A stretch of DNA of 32,218 nt from Planctomycetota bacterium (GTDB lineage Bacteria > Planctomycetota > Planctomycetia > Pirellulales > UBA7805): NCBI GenBank assembly GCA_014237955.1, contig JABABY010000006.1, positions 1 through 32,218 of the forward strand, read 5' to 3'. Position 1 is the stretch's first letter. The number at the start of each line of letters is the position of its first letter. Below are positions 1 through 9,954 of this stretch, piece after piece. The notes below the pieces were generated by a model. It was not told the DNA's origin and made no database searches. It worked only from the letters and a program-made list of their open reading frames with translations. A program made the translations under genes and the position numbers.

Positions 1-728
1 GCTAAATCTAGCCAACTACGAGACCACTTTTCTCCAAAACGAGGCGAGGCCAACAAACGGTCGACGACCGCCTCATATGCTGCGTTGGTCGGCTCCGCTA
101 AAAATGCCTCTACCTCGGCCACCGTTGGTGGCAAGCCGATCAGATCGAGATAGACCCGTCGCAAGCGTGTGGCCGGAGATGCGGCATCTGCCGGCGAAAT
201 GCCCGCCTTTTCGAGTCGGGCCAATACAAAACGATCTATCGGGTTGTGTGGCCAACTGCGATGCACAACCGGCGGCAACTCTGGAAGGGTTGGTGCAATA
301 TAGGACCAGTGGGGTTCTGCTACTTCGACTTGCGAGCCGATGTCCTCTGGCCACACAGCACCCTGGCTGAGCCATTGTCCTATGACTTGAATCTCTGCAG
401 GTTCGAGGGGATCTTCATCGAGGGGCATCCGCTCTGCCACCTCGGATGTTGTGATCCTTTGTTGCAACAAACTGTGGTGGCCCTGCCCACCCCGAGTCAG
501 TGGTCCAGAGACTCCACCCCGCTTAAATGCTGCTCGGGCATCAAGGCGCAGTTGCCCCTCTTGCTGCTCAGATCCGTGACAACCAATACAACGCTCTTGA
601 AAAATTGGCCACACATCTCGACCAAAATTGACTTGAGCACCCCTGCGAACGACTGGCTCTGCAAAGGTACGGTCGCAAAAAGCTGGCACGATGAGTACGG
701 AGCAAAGAAAAATTGCTGGAAACCGCAT
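1..728 (-). CDS. Planctomycete cytochrome c (PSCyt1) + DUF1549 (PSCyt2) domain protein; 3' end runs off the window
   Basis: Not in the ORF track. Manual translation from ATG at 728: [18 protein letters not shown]...[31 protein letters not shown] (CxxCH heme motif)...ERMP...[10 protein letters not shown]...HWSYIAP...[18 protein letters not shown]...[15 protein letters not shown]...[26 protein letters not shown], typical of PSCyt1-DUF1549(-DUF1553) proteins. Confidence 0.92.
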   Translation of the reverse strand, partial: [242 protein letters not shown]

Positions 729-992
729 GGCGCGCGTCCACAAAAGGAGGGGCTAGAGTCCCCATTCGTCATTTCACTTCTGTTATTCAATTTTAACCGA
801 TTTGGCATCCACTATCGATAGCCAATACGTTTCTTTGGGGTCGATAGTGACCCTTCTCGCAACCACTGCGAACCGGGCATTTTAGGCAGAAAGTGGTTGG
901 AACCCTTTTCCATTTGAGAAGATAAACCAATGTACTCTCCCGATTCATGGATCGAACGACATGATGCAACACTCTCAATCGATGAGATGATC

Positions 993-1189
993 CATTGAAG
1001 TCTGTGGACGACTCCTCTCGGCAGAGGCCCTACCGCCCGATGGAAACAACCTGTTCGCTTGGCTCCATCTAAAAAGATGTGGGGCTTTGTAAAAAGCGAG
1101 TGAGTGCCGTACAGGCAAATTGAGGATACATGGCGGGAGCACCTGCTAAAATTTTGGTGTTCCACTGGCGGGAAAACAGGCGTCCAATG
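993..1189. ncRNA. Candidate structured RNA (rod-like nested hairpin) in the long intergenic region upstream of dapL
   Basis: Nested complementary segments found by eye: CATTG/CAATG, GTCTGT/ACAGGC, GCAGAGG/CCTGC (bulged), CCGCC/GGCGG, CCTG/CAGG, TTCGCTT/AAGCGAG, CATCT-AAAA-AGATG. No family recognised. Confidence 0.25.
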
Positions 1190-1298
1190 CAGCGACGCTG
1201 GTAGCCATAAGAACCGGCCTCTTTCGAAGTGCTTATTTCTCGGGTAGGCTGTTCGTTTTTCCCAGGACACTAGGACATCTGGCTTTGGCAATTGAACC

Positions 1299-2531
1299 AT
1301 GAGTGATCCCTATTTCCAGCATCTTTTTGCCAGTCGCATTGGCGGCAGTGATTACGGCAAAAGCACTGACATTTACAAGTTTGAAAAAATTAAACGTGCC
1401 AAGCGCAAAGCGTTAGATGCACACCCAGAGAGGAAACTCCTCGACTTTGGAATCGGTGAAAACGATTCGATGGCTGCCAATTCTGTCCGGACGGTGATGG
1501 GCCACGAAATCAACCAGCCAGAAAATCGTGGCTATGCCGATAACGGGATTCCTGAGTTTAAAGAAGCGGTAGCCCGGTTCATGGCACATAGCCTTGGGGT
1601 CCATCTTGACCCGGCTACCGAAATCAACCATTCGATTGGTTCAAAACCAGCACTCGCCATGCTGCCCGCGGCCTTTATTGATCCAGGAGATATCACACTG
1701 ATGACGGTTCCCGGCTATCCTGTTGCCGGCACCCACACAAAATATTTGGGGGGCAGCGTCTATACCCTGCCCTTGCTCGACGAAAACGGATTTATGCCAG
1801 ATCTGGATTCCATTCCCGGTGATATTCTCCGAGCGGCAAAGCTACTCATTCTCAACTACCCGAACAGCCCCACTGGAAAGACTGCAACTCGAGAGTTTTT
1901 TGAGCAGGTTGTCGAGTTCTGTCAGAAGAATGCCATTGTGGTGGTCCAAGATGCCGCGCATATCATGCTTAGCTTTGACTCCGAGCCGCTAAGCTTCTTG
2001 TCTGTGGAAGGGGCGAAGGACGTTGGGGTTGAGGTTCATTCCCTATCCAAAGGCTTCGATATGATCGGATGGCGAATGGGATGGGTCTGTGGCAATGAAC
2101 GTATTGTGAATGCCTTTGCAGACATCAAGGACAACACCGATTCGGGACAATATATTGCCATTCAGAAAGCAGCCATTGCCGCTCTAGATGATGATAATAT
2201 TCCACGGGCTGTACGGAGCAAATATCAGCGGCGATTGAAAAAACTTGTCGAAATGCTCAATCGGTGTGGCCTACCGGCTAAAATGCCTGGGGGCACCTAT
2301 TTCCTTTACATCCCCAGCCCAAAAGGAGTGGCTGGGGGAGTGCCGTTTGATTCTGCCGAAGCAGCCAGCCAATATCTGATCACGGAACATTCGATATGTA
2401 CGGTGCCTTGGGATGATGCAGGATCGCACCTGCGATTTTCTGTCACCTATGAAGCGGATAATGAACAGCAAGAAGATTCTCTGATGGCTGAGACCGAAAA
2501 GCGGCTGCAAACAATCCAATTCGAGTTTTAG
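1299..2531 (+). CDS. dapL: LL-diaminopimelate aminotransferase (class I/II PLP aminotransferase)
   Basis: 410 aa. IYKFEKIKRAK N-terminus, DFGIGE, IGSKPAL, LNYPNSPTG, QDAAH, HSLSKGFDMIGWRMG (PLP Lys), DNTDSGQY. Confidence 0.85.
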   Translation: MSDPYFQHLFASRIGGSDYGKSTDIYKFEKIKRAKRKALDAHPERKLLDFGIGENDSMAANSVRTVMGHEINQPENRGYADNGIPEFKEAVARFMAHSLGVHLDPATEINHSIGSKPALAMLPAAFIDPGDITLMTVPGYPVAGTHTKYLGGSVYTLPLLDENGFMPDLDSIPGDILRAAKLLILNYPNSPTGKTATREFFEQVVEFCQKNAIVVVQDAAHIMLSFDSEPLSFLSVEGAKDVGVEVHSLSKGFDMIGWRMGWVCGNERIVNAFADIKDNTDSGQYIAIQKAAIAALDDDNIPRAVRSKYQRRLKKLVEMLNRCGLPAKMPGGTYFLYIPSPKGVAGGVPFDSAEAASQYLITEHSICTVPWDDAGSHLRFSVTYEADNEQQEDSLMAETEKRLQTIQFEF

Positions 2532-2680
2532 CTGATGAGACAAATCCATTTTTCCAGAGCAAACAACGGAAATCTATGATGCGTTAATGATTAGAATGTT
2601 CAATGGGAGCATGTGGTCGATCGAATCAGGATCTAACAACTACCTCATGTATCAACATAAGATGGGGAGGCGAGAGAGTA

Positions 2681-3604
2681 ATGCGACAGAATATTTCCCA
2701 AAACATAGCCTGTTTATTGGCCCTGTTATTAATGATCGCTATCGGAGGCTGTGGTGGTACTAGCGGCAAAAAAGCTCGCCCTCTCTCGGAACAGATGCAG
2801 GATGCCCGCGATCTAAATGACCCCGAGGAACGAAGCTTGGCTTTGCTCAAAGTTGCCAATGGCTATCTTGCAGCCGCAGACGACCTAGGAGCCAGCAACT
2901 GCCTGATGCTAGCCACCGATTCGGCAGATGAGATTTCTCTCAAGCGCGCTCCGGCTAAACGAGCATCCGTTTACATCCAAATTGCTGCGGGCTTTTATGA
3001 ATGTGGCCAATCACAGGATTGCAGAGATTGCTATAAAGATGCAGCCAAGGCAATTCGAAAAATTGACGACGCTGTAGACAAAACCGGCGCCTACACCCGA
3101 CTCGGCAAACTCAAAATCACAATCAACGAACCAAAAAGTGCTGCAAAGGATTTTAAAACGGCGATTGATGAAGCCAAGGGCATGAGCGATCCAATGGAAC
3201 GGGTCCGCCTTCTCGGTTTGGTTGCCCAGGGCTATGTCGATCTGGGGAACAAGGATGAAGCCGACCAGATCATGACGAGTACCATGGGGCTGTCCGAGTC
3301 GGAAAAAGACCCAGCCAAAAAAGCCCGTCTTCTGGTGTTGATTGGTACTCAGCAGATCCAATTACTCGATGATACTCAGGCGGGTATTGCTACGATCGAA
3401 CAAGCAAAGCAAGTGGCAAGTGGTATCGAGAACAATCCCAACCAGCAGGCGAATGTTCTGATTGATGCTGCAGCAACCTATTTGGACCTTAAGAAAAAAA
3501 AGGTGGCTCGTAGTCTGCTCAATGAGGCAGAAGCACTCTGTCGAGGACGGTCTGAATGTAAGCCAGCCATGAAGCGGATTGCCAAGCTTCGCGACCAAAT
3601 GTAA
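2681..3604 (+). CDS. Putative lipoprotein with TPR-like alpha-helical repeats
   Basis: Start at ATG 2681 after GGGGAGG. Hydrophobic signal ending IGG-C (lipobox). Repeated helical units of about 40 aa (DPEERSLALL, DAVDKTGAY, DPMERVRLL, DPAKKARLL, NPNQQANVL). Confidence 0.75.
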   Translation: MRQNISQNIACLLALLLMIAIGGCGGTSGKKARPLSEQMQDARDLNDPEERSLALLKVANGYLAAADDLGASNCLMLATDSADEISLKRAPAKRASVYIQIAAGFYECGQSQDCRDCYKDAAKAIRKIDDAVDKTGAYTRLGKLKITINEPKSAAKDFKTAIDEAKGMSDPMERVRLLGLVAQGYVDLGNKDEADQIMTSTMGLSESEKDPAKKARLLVLIGTQQIQLLDDTQAGIATIEQAKQVASGIENNPNQQANVLIDAAATYLDLKKKKVARSLLNEAEALCRGRSECKPAMKRIAKLRDQM

Positions 3605-3668
3605 CGACTCTTTGTTGTTACGATGGGCAAACGACAACCAACGATCTCATCCTAGCGGGATTCCAAGC

Positions 3669-4646
3669 GTGGCCGAATGCACTGAACGCCGTCAACTGGG
3701 AACCACGGACATCCAGATTTCACCCGTTGGCCTGGGGTGCTGGCCAATCGCTGGCATGACAAGCCTGAATGTCAATGATCGCGACAGCCTGGCCACACTG
3801 GAAGCCGGTCTCGACGCAGGTGTCAACTTTCTCGACACGGCCTATTGCTACGGAGCTGACGGAGAAAGTGAACGTCTAATTGCCCGGTGCATTCAAGACC
3901 AGCGAGATAATGTCGTCATCGCTACCAAGGGCGGGATCCATTGGACTGAAGCTGGCGAACGCATCGTCGATGGAAGTCCAGCCGTATTGCATCGCCAGTG
4001 TGAGGAAAGTCTACAGCGTCTCGAAACGGATCGGGTGGAACTGCTCTACCTGCATGCGCCTGATCCCAAGATCCCGATCGCAGAATCTGCAGGTGCCCTT
4101 CGGGAGCTCCTCGACGCGGGCAAAACGAGGTCGGTAGGCATCTCCAACGTGACGGTCCGTCAATTAGAAGAATTTCAGGCTGTCTGTCCCATTGCTGCAT
4201 TTCAGCCTCCCTACAACATGCTGCAGCGACAGATTGAACAGGACACCCTCCCCTGGTGCCAACAGCACAATGTCTCGGTCATCGTCTATTGGCCTTTAAT
4301 GAAAGGATTGCTGGCAGGCCGATTGTCTCGTTCCCATCAGTTTCTCGAGGGGGATGGTCGTCTAAAATACCCGATGTTCCAGGGCGAAGAGTGGGAAAAA
4401 AATCAGGACTTCCTGGATCGCTTAAGAGACATCTCCAAAGGGATTGGCAAAACGGTAGCACAAACCGTGGTCAACTGGACCATCCATCAACCCGGTATTA
4501 CGGCTGCCTTATGTGGCGCCAAACGGGCGGAGCAAATTCTGGAAACCCGTGGGGCAATGGGCTGGAAATTAAGTCCTCAGCACCAAGAGTTTATCGACGA
4601 TGCTCTCCGGGACCGCGGTCTGGCCATCACGCGTAGTGCTGTCTGA
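3669..4646 (+). CDS. Aldo/keto reductase
   Basis: RQLGTTDIQISPVGLGCW, NFLDTAYCYG, IATKGG, CEESLQRLETDRVELLYLHAPD, IGISN, QPPYNMLQR. GTG at 3669 is the likely start. Confidence 0.92.
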   Translation: MAECTERRQLGTTDIQISPVGLGCWPIAGMTSLNVNDRDSLATLEAGLDAGVNFLDTAYCYGADGESERLIARCIQDQRDNVVIATKGGIHWTEAGERIVDGSPAVLHRQCEESLQRLETDRVELLYLHAPDPKIPIAESAGALRELLDAGKTRSVGISNVTVRQLEEFQAVCPIAAFQPPYNMLQRQIEQDTLPWCQQHNVSVIVYWPLMKGLLAGRLSRSHQFLEGDGRLKYPMFQGEEWEKNQDFLDRLRDISKGIGKTVAQTVVNWTIHQPGITAALCGAKRAEQILETRGAMGWKLSPQHQEFIDDALRDRGLAITRSAV

Positions 4647-4683
4647 CGAAGGGCGTGGAAGAGCTTCCGGAACACAACGCACT

Positions 4684-5220
4684 TTACTCGACTTGGGTAT
4701 CCATCCCAGCCAACTTTTCAGAGGTATAGCGAAGGATATCACGGATTGAAACGATCCCGACCAAGTCATCACCTGAGACAATAGGGACGTGTCGGTAGCC
4801 CCCGAGTGCCATTTTGTGGACAGCAAAGATGACTTTATTGTCCATGGTGAGCGTATCGGGCGAGCAGGTCATAAATTCGGAGATAGGTCGATTGCGATAG
4901 TTGGAAAAATCCGCACCCAATCGCATTACCGCATCGCGCTCGCTAAAAATACCGATCAGCTTACCGTCATCAGTTATTAACATACTGCCGATCCCCTTTT
5001 CCTGCATCATTTGCAGCACCTTGGCAACGGGAGTGTCGGCAGACACAGCAATCGGCTGTCTGGGGTCAAGTGAAGCAATGCGGTCCCTCAGCATTGCATT
5101 GCCAATCGGTGATTGGGAATCTCCGGGGCGATTCAATCCCGTGAGGGAATGTTGGCAATTTTCACAGATGTCGGCACCATCAATGTTTTCATGACAGCAA
5201 GAGGGACAAATAATCGCCAT
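4684..5220 (-). CDS. Zinc-ribbon + CBS-pair domain protein
   Basis: N-terminal CPSCC-x8-CENC. Two CBS repeats (GKLIGIFSERD; GYRHVPIV...LVGIVSIRDIL). Confidence 0.88.
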   Translation of the reverse strand: MAIICPSCCHENIDGADICENCQHSLTGLNRPGDSQSPIGNAMLRDRIASLDPRQPIAVSADTPVAKVLQMMQEKGIGSMLITDDGKLIGIFSERDAVMRLGADFSNYRNRPISEFMTCSPDTLTMDNKVIFAVHKMALGGYRHVPIVSGDDLVGIVSIRDILRYTSEKLAGMDTQVE

Positions 5221-5343
5221 AATGTTAAGTCCTGTTGTTGGGTATGGAACAACGATGGATACTTATAAAAAACGCCAGTATCGGCACCCATTTTAAATCA
5301 AAACCCTTTGAATATTAAAAGACCAGCAATCCTAATCGGAAAA

Positions 5344-6366
5344 CTACTCCACAATCCAAGTATCGCCCGTTTGGAAAAGGGTATCTAGATCACCATCCCC
5401 CTGCTGTTCACGAGCGATCTCAATCTGCTGGTCAACCTCATCTTCGTATCGAGGTCGATCGACTGCGCGGAAGACCCCAATCGGCTCTGGAAACTCCGGT
5501 TGGCGCATCCGACTCAACAGGTAAGCCAAACTTGGCTCAGGGGCTTTTTCATCGTGAAATAAGAGGTCATCTTCGCTGATCCCCTTTCCCAATTGCACCA
5601 CCTCCGGGTCCATTCCATTAAGGCGAATACCTTTATCACGATTCTTTCCAAAGATCAAAGGCTTCCCATGTTCGAGTTCCAGAATAGTGTCTGATTTGGT
5701 ATCTCGATTGGTTGCGTACTGGAACGCACCGTCGTTAAAAACATGGCAATTCTGATACACCTCGACGAACGCGGTACCTTTATGCTCCGCCGCCCGCGCC
5801 AGCACATTCCCTAGGTGTTTGATATGAACATCAATGGAACGTGCGATAAACGTACCTTCGCAACCAATCGCAATCGAAAGTGGATGGAGTGGATTATCAA
5901 CCGTACCCATCGGTGTACTCTTCGTCACCTTTCCCAGAGGGGATGTTGGTGAATACTGTCCCTTGGTCAGGCCATAAATCTCGTTATTAAAAAGAATGAT
6001 GTTGATATCGAGATTACGACGGATTGCGTGTATCAGATGGTTACCACCAATACTCAGTGCATCTCCATCACCAGTAATCACCCAAACAAATAAATCAGGC
6101 CTTGCGGTCTTGAGACCAGTGGCGATCGCCGGCGCACGACCGTGAATCGAATGGACTCCATAGGTGTTCATGTAGTACGGAAAACGACTCGAACAGCCAA
6201 TGCCCGAGACAAACACCGTATTTTCTCGCGGAACACCGATTGTAGGCAGGATCTTCTTCAACTGCGCTAGAATCGAGTAGTCCCCACAACCAGGGCACCA
6301 ACGAACTTCCTGATCGCTAGCAAAGTCGGCGGCTTTCAGTATCGGCAAGGGTGTATCAGTACTCAT
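5344..6366 (-). CDS. korB: 2-oxoacid (2-oxoglutarate-type):ferredoxin oxidoreductase beta subunit
   Basis: WCPGCGD, SGIGCSSR, IHGRA, TPP motif GDGDALSIGGNH...NNEIYGLTKGQYSPT. Confidence 0.93.
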   Translation of the reverse strand: MSTDTPLPILKAADFASDQEVRWCPGCGDYSILAQLKKILPTIGVPRENTVFVSGIGCSSRFPYYMNTYGVHSIHGRAPAIATGLKTARPDLFVWVITGDGDALSIGGNHLIHAIRRNLDINIILFNNEIYGLTKGQYSPTSPLGKVTKSTPMGTVDNPLHPLSIAIGCEGTFIARSIDVHIKHLGNVLARAAEHKGTAFVEVYQNCHVFNDGAFQYATNRDTKSDTILELEHGKPLIFGKNRDKGIRLNGMDPEVVQLGKGISEDDLLFHDEKAPEPSLAYLLSRMRQPEFPEPIGVFRAVDRPRYEDEVDQQIEIAREQQGDGDLDTLFQTGDTWIVE

Positions 6367-6464
6367 GAGAAATAATCAAGATGGGCTGAGGGTGAAAATC
6401 TTGACAATTGAAAATCAAACGCTCTGCAAATCTTCATCGTTTGCAGAAAAAATATAAAAAAACC

Positions 6465-8342
6465 TTAAAGCAACTCCTTAATTTTGTTGACCAATTCACT
6501 GACCGTGAACGGCTTTCCCTGAACCTTATTATAAGCCACTGTATCAAGGAGAAAGCGACTCCGAATAAGCAAATCGAGTTGCCCCATATTCAACTCCGGA
6601 ATCAGCACCCGCTCATACTTTTTGAGCACACTGCTAAGATTTTTTGGAAAAGGATTAAGATATCGCAAATGGGCATGGGCTACTGAACCGCCCTCTTTTG
6701 CGACCTGCTGTACGGCAGTGGTGCAGGCACCATAGGTCCCCCCCCAACTGAGAACCAACAATTTTCCCTGTTCGGGGCCAGCCACCTCCTGCAACGGAAT
6801 TTTTTGAGCCACATTATCAACCTTTTGCTGACGCACGTTGACCATGTGCTGGTGGTTCTCGGGCTCGTAGTTCACGTTGCCCGTACCATCCTGCTTTTCC
6901 AAGCCACCCACTCGGTGCATCAATCCAGGAGTGCCCGGAATGGCCCAGGGGCGAACGAGCAGTTCATTCCGCTGATAGGGTAAAAAATGCTCGCCGCTGT
7001 TCGTTCCTTCTGGATGTTCGATCGTACGTTTTGGGATGCTTTTTGCAGTTGGAATTTTCCAAGGTTCTGAACCATTGGCGATGTAGCCATCGGTCAACAA
7101 GATCACAGGAACCATGAACATCGAGGCGATGCGCCAGGCTTCCTGAGCCACTTCAAAGCAATCTGAGGGACTGCGGGCCGCAATAATTGGGACGGGACAC
7201 TCACCATTACGTCCGTACATCGCCTGTAGCAAATCTGCCTGTTCTGTCTTGGTGGGCAGGCCCGTACTCGGCCCACCACGTTGAACATTGATCACGATAA
7301 TCGGCAACTCGGTCATCACTGCTAAGCCGATCGCCTCACCCTTGAGTGCGATACCCGGACCGCTAGAGGCCGTTACTCCCATAGCACCGGAAAAAGCCGC
7401 GCCGATCGTGGAGCATACCGCCGCAATCTCATCTTCCGCCTGAAAAGTTCGCACCCCAAAATTTTTGTGGCGGCTCAATTCATGAAGAATGTCGCTGGCC
7501 GGCGTGATCGGATAGGTACCATAAAAAAGATCCATATCGCTCGACTTTGCAGCGGCAATCAAACCCCAGGCAAGTGCTGTGTTGCCCATGATGCTACGAT
7601 ACGTACCCGGCTCGAGTTCCGCACGGGGCACCTCATACTGATTAGAAAAAGCTTCGGTTGTCTCACCGTAATAATAGCCGGCCTTGAGGGCCCGACGATT
7701 TGCCTCGGCAATGGCGGGTCGCTTTCCAAATTTTTCATCGATGTACCGCAACGTAGCGTCCATCGTCCGGTCATATAACCAGAACACCAACCCCATGGCA
7801 AAAAAGTTCCGGCAGCGATCCGACTCCTTGACGCTTAAATCCAAACCCTCGACAGCGGTTCGCGTCACCTTGGTCATGCTGACCTTAAAGAGCCGGTATC
7901 CATCGAGGCTTTGATCCTCCAGGGGATCGCTCTCATACCCTGCTTTTTTCAGATCTTTTTCCGTAAACCCGTCCTGATTGACAATCAAAATCCCCCCTGG
8001 AACCAAGTCCGAGAGATTGGTTGCCAATGCAGCGGGATTCATTGCCACCAAGGCGTCAACCCGATCGCCAGGAGTGTAAATCGTTGACGATGCAAAATGG
8101 ACTTGAAAGCCACTCACCCCAGCCTTGGTGCCTCGCGGTGCGCGAATTTCCGCGGGGAAATCCGGAAATGTGGCGACATCGTTGCCAAGCAACGCAGATG
8201 TCGTTGATAATTGCGTACCCGCCAACTGCATCCCGTCCCCGGAGTCGCCACAAAAACGAACCGTGGCAGTACTTAGTTCAACAACCGGTTTTTGAGAATC
8301 CACATCAGAAGATGTTTCAGAGGGAGTGGCTGCATCTGCCAT
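6465..8342 (-). CDS. korA: 2-oxoacid:ferredoxin oxidoreductase alpha subunit (gamma-alpha fusion)
   Basis: [72 protein letters not shown] 8342 is preferred over the TTG at 8363. Confidence 0.93.
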   Translation of the reverse strand: MADAATPSETSSDVDSQKPVVELSTATVRFCGDSGDGMQLAGTQLSTTSALLGNDVATFPDFPAEIRAPRGTKAGVSGFQVHFASSTIYTPGDRVDALVAMNPAALATNLSDLVPGGILIVNQDGFTEKDLKKAGYESDPLEDQSLDGYRLFKVSMTKVTRTAVEGLDLSVKESDRCRNFFAMGLVFWLYDRTMDATLRYIDEKFGKRPAIAEANRRALKAGYYYGETTEAFSNQYEVPRAELEPGTYRSIMGNTALAWGLIAAAKSSDMDLFYGTYPITPASDILHELSRHKNFGVRTFQAEDEIAAVCSTIGAAFSGAMGVTASSGPGIALKGEAIGLAVMTELPIIVINVQRGGPSTGLPTKTEQADLLQAMYGRNGECPVPIIAARSPSDCFEVAQEAWRIASMFMVPVILLTDGYIANGSEPWKIPTAKSIPKRTIEHPEGTNSGEHFLPYQRNELLVRPWAIPGTPGLMHRVGGLEKQDGTGNVNYEPENHQHMVNVRQQKVDNVAQKIPLQEVAGPEQGKLLVLSWGGTYGACTTAVQQVAKEGGSVAHAHLRYLNPFPKNLSSVLKKYERVLIPELNMGQLDLLIRSRFLLDTVAYNKVQGKPFTVSELVNKIKELL

Positions 8343-8430
8343 AGATGTACTCGGCTGCTTCAAACGTTTTGTTAATCAGGTCGATAAGGATCTAGTGGGG
8401 AACTAGTGACGAAATTCTAGGGCTGGCTTA

Positions 8431-8895
8431 TCAAGCACCTTCGCGTTCGGAAATGATTATGTTTGGTTCTGGTGGAAGATTAAAAACCGTTTGAGGAAAA
8501 TGCTCGACAAAATAATGGAGGATGCCGGAAACTTTCACGATACCAGTCAGTTTTTTTTCCCCTGAGACAATCGGAAGTCGCCGACAACGACCGGCAGCCA
8601 TGAGTTGAATGGCTTCCGCCAGTGGCGCACCTTCACCAATGGTCATAGGGCTCGCAACCATGACTTCTGAGATCGGCAGACGAAGATCGATATTGTCGAC
8701 CATCGCTTTAACCGCATCCCGCTCCGTATAAATCCCAACAAGCTTATTGTCCTCACAGATCAGTACACTCCCCACTTCGTGTGACTTCATAAGAAGAAAC
8801 ACCTCCTCGATGGATGTCGTGGGGGTGGTCACCACAGTGCTTTCCGCTTCGGCGACCTCGACTTGATCAGATTGTAAATTCAACTGGATCGTCAA
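8431..8895 (-). CDS. CBS-pair domain protein
   Basis: VGSVLICEDNKLVGIYTERD; CRRLPIVSGEKKLTGIV. First gene of the CBS-korA-korB-CBS run, TTG start. Confidence 0.88.
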   Translation of the reverse strand: MTIQLNLQSDQVEVAEAESTVVTTPTTSIEEVFLLMKSHEVGSVLICEDNKLVGIYTERDAVKAMVDNIDLRLPISEVMVASPMTIGEGAPLAEAIQLMAAGRCRRLPIVSGEKKLTGIVKVSGILHYFVEHFPQTVFNLPPEPNIIISEREGA

Positions 8896-9002
8896 ATTTG
8901 TATACCAATATGGATGAACGGGAAACTTCTACTAAAAAACGCGGGGCCCGATTCTGTCTGCTCCCATCGACGTATTTTGTTGCCCGACAAATCCAAGCCC
9001 TA

Positions 9003-9059
9003 CTTAACAAATCTTAACAAGAAGAGGGGCGCGATTGAACCACGAAACAAGCTTGTTTC
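9003..9059. promoter_or_regulatory. Candidate operator sites upstream of the CBS-korAB operon
   Basis: Direct repeat CTTAACAA-AT-CTTAACAA (9003-9020, 10-bp period) and perfect 16-bp palindrome GAAACAAGCTTGTTTC (9044-9059). Confidence 0.4.
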
Positions 9060-9117
9060 TGTGAATTTTCTGGCCCGGTCTCATGATCGATGGAAGGGCG
9101 GAGGCCTGCTGGTGATT

Positions 9118-9954
9118 TTAGGCCATAGGCTGCTCGTCCGGTGGATTGGGAGAGGCAAAATAACGCTCGATCTTGATCCCGCCCTTGGCCTCTTCTTCGG
9201 CCAGTTTCATCCGTTGTTCGAGCCGCTCCATGCGACGGGTGATCCGATCCAGGACCTCATGACTTTTATCGGCTGGGCGGGGTCGGGGAACCTCGGGATA
9301 TCCTAATTGCCGCTGGAGTGCGGCAAACAACAGCAAAGGATCTTTCATCCGATTAGCAAGCGCAATTCGCCCCTCTTTCTCACTAAAAAGGACCGCTATT
9401 GGTTCGTTCTCACCATTGCCATGCCGGGTCTTGTAGTACTCGGACCGCACATAAATGAGATCCGCTACGTCTACCAATCCCACCTGTCGACGCACCGTCA
9501 ATATCCAATCCCGCCACGGGAGAGGGAAGAATGGATCTTCAGCAGCAGCGGTGAGTCCGGGATCGTAGCGGAGACGATTGCGGCAAATCGATTCAAACTG
9601 GTAGAGGAATACACCCTGTGGGGATGGCTCGACCGCGCGGTATTCCGCATCGCGGCGAAGAATTTCCAACCCTGTTTTAATGTCAAAACTACCCTGTTCG
9701 TCCTCTGCTTCGGCCACAACAAAAGTCTGAAAAGGGGTAAAATAATGGCTGAGTCTCGCCATCGCCGGGGCAAAGCCGCCGTAAATCTGCAACTCACTGG
9801 CCATGAACTCGATCGCTTTGGGAAGATCTGTTGTTGCCAACACCTCTTCTTGAATCCCCGAAAGAACCTCCTGAATCGGTATCCCTTCGTCAGTACGCTC
9901 TAAGAGTGCTTTAAAAAAATAAGCCTGTTCAACCAATTCTTCGCGAGCCAACAT
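9118..9954 (-). CDS. Hypothetical protein with C-terminal coiled coil
   Basis: 278 aa ORF with protein-like composition (EELVEQAYFF, TTDLPKAIEF, HYFTPFQTFV, EKEGRIALANR, RRMERLEQRMKLAEEE). No function recognised. Confidence 0.75.
   Translation of the reverse strand: MLAREELVEQAYFFKALLERTDEGIPIQEVLSGIQEEVLATTDLPKAIEFMASELQIYGGFAPAMARLSHYFTPFQTFVVAEAEDEQGSFDIKTGLEILRRDAEYRAVEPSPQGVFLYQFESICRNRLRYDPGLTAAAEDPFFPLPWRDWILTVRRQVGLVDVADLIYVRSEYYKTRHGNGENEPIAVLFSEKEGRIALANRMKDPLLLFAALQRQLGYPEVPRPRPADKSHEVLDRITRRMERLEQRMKLAEEEAKGGIKIERYFASPNPPDEQPMA

Noticed and set aside
73-821. Several short ORFs on both strands
   Set aside because: Shadows of the real minus-strand cytochrome c/DUF1549 gene starting at 728
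1020-1200. Canonical lysine riboswitch upstream of dapL
   Set aside because: AGAGG is present, but the loop-E AGUA/GAA and the five-way junction could not be found; kept only as a generic structured-RNA candidate
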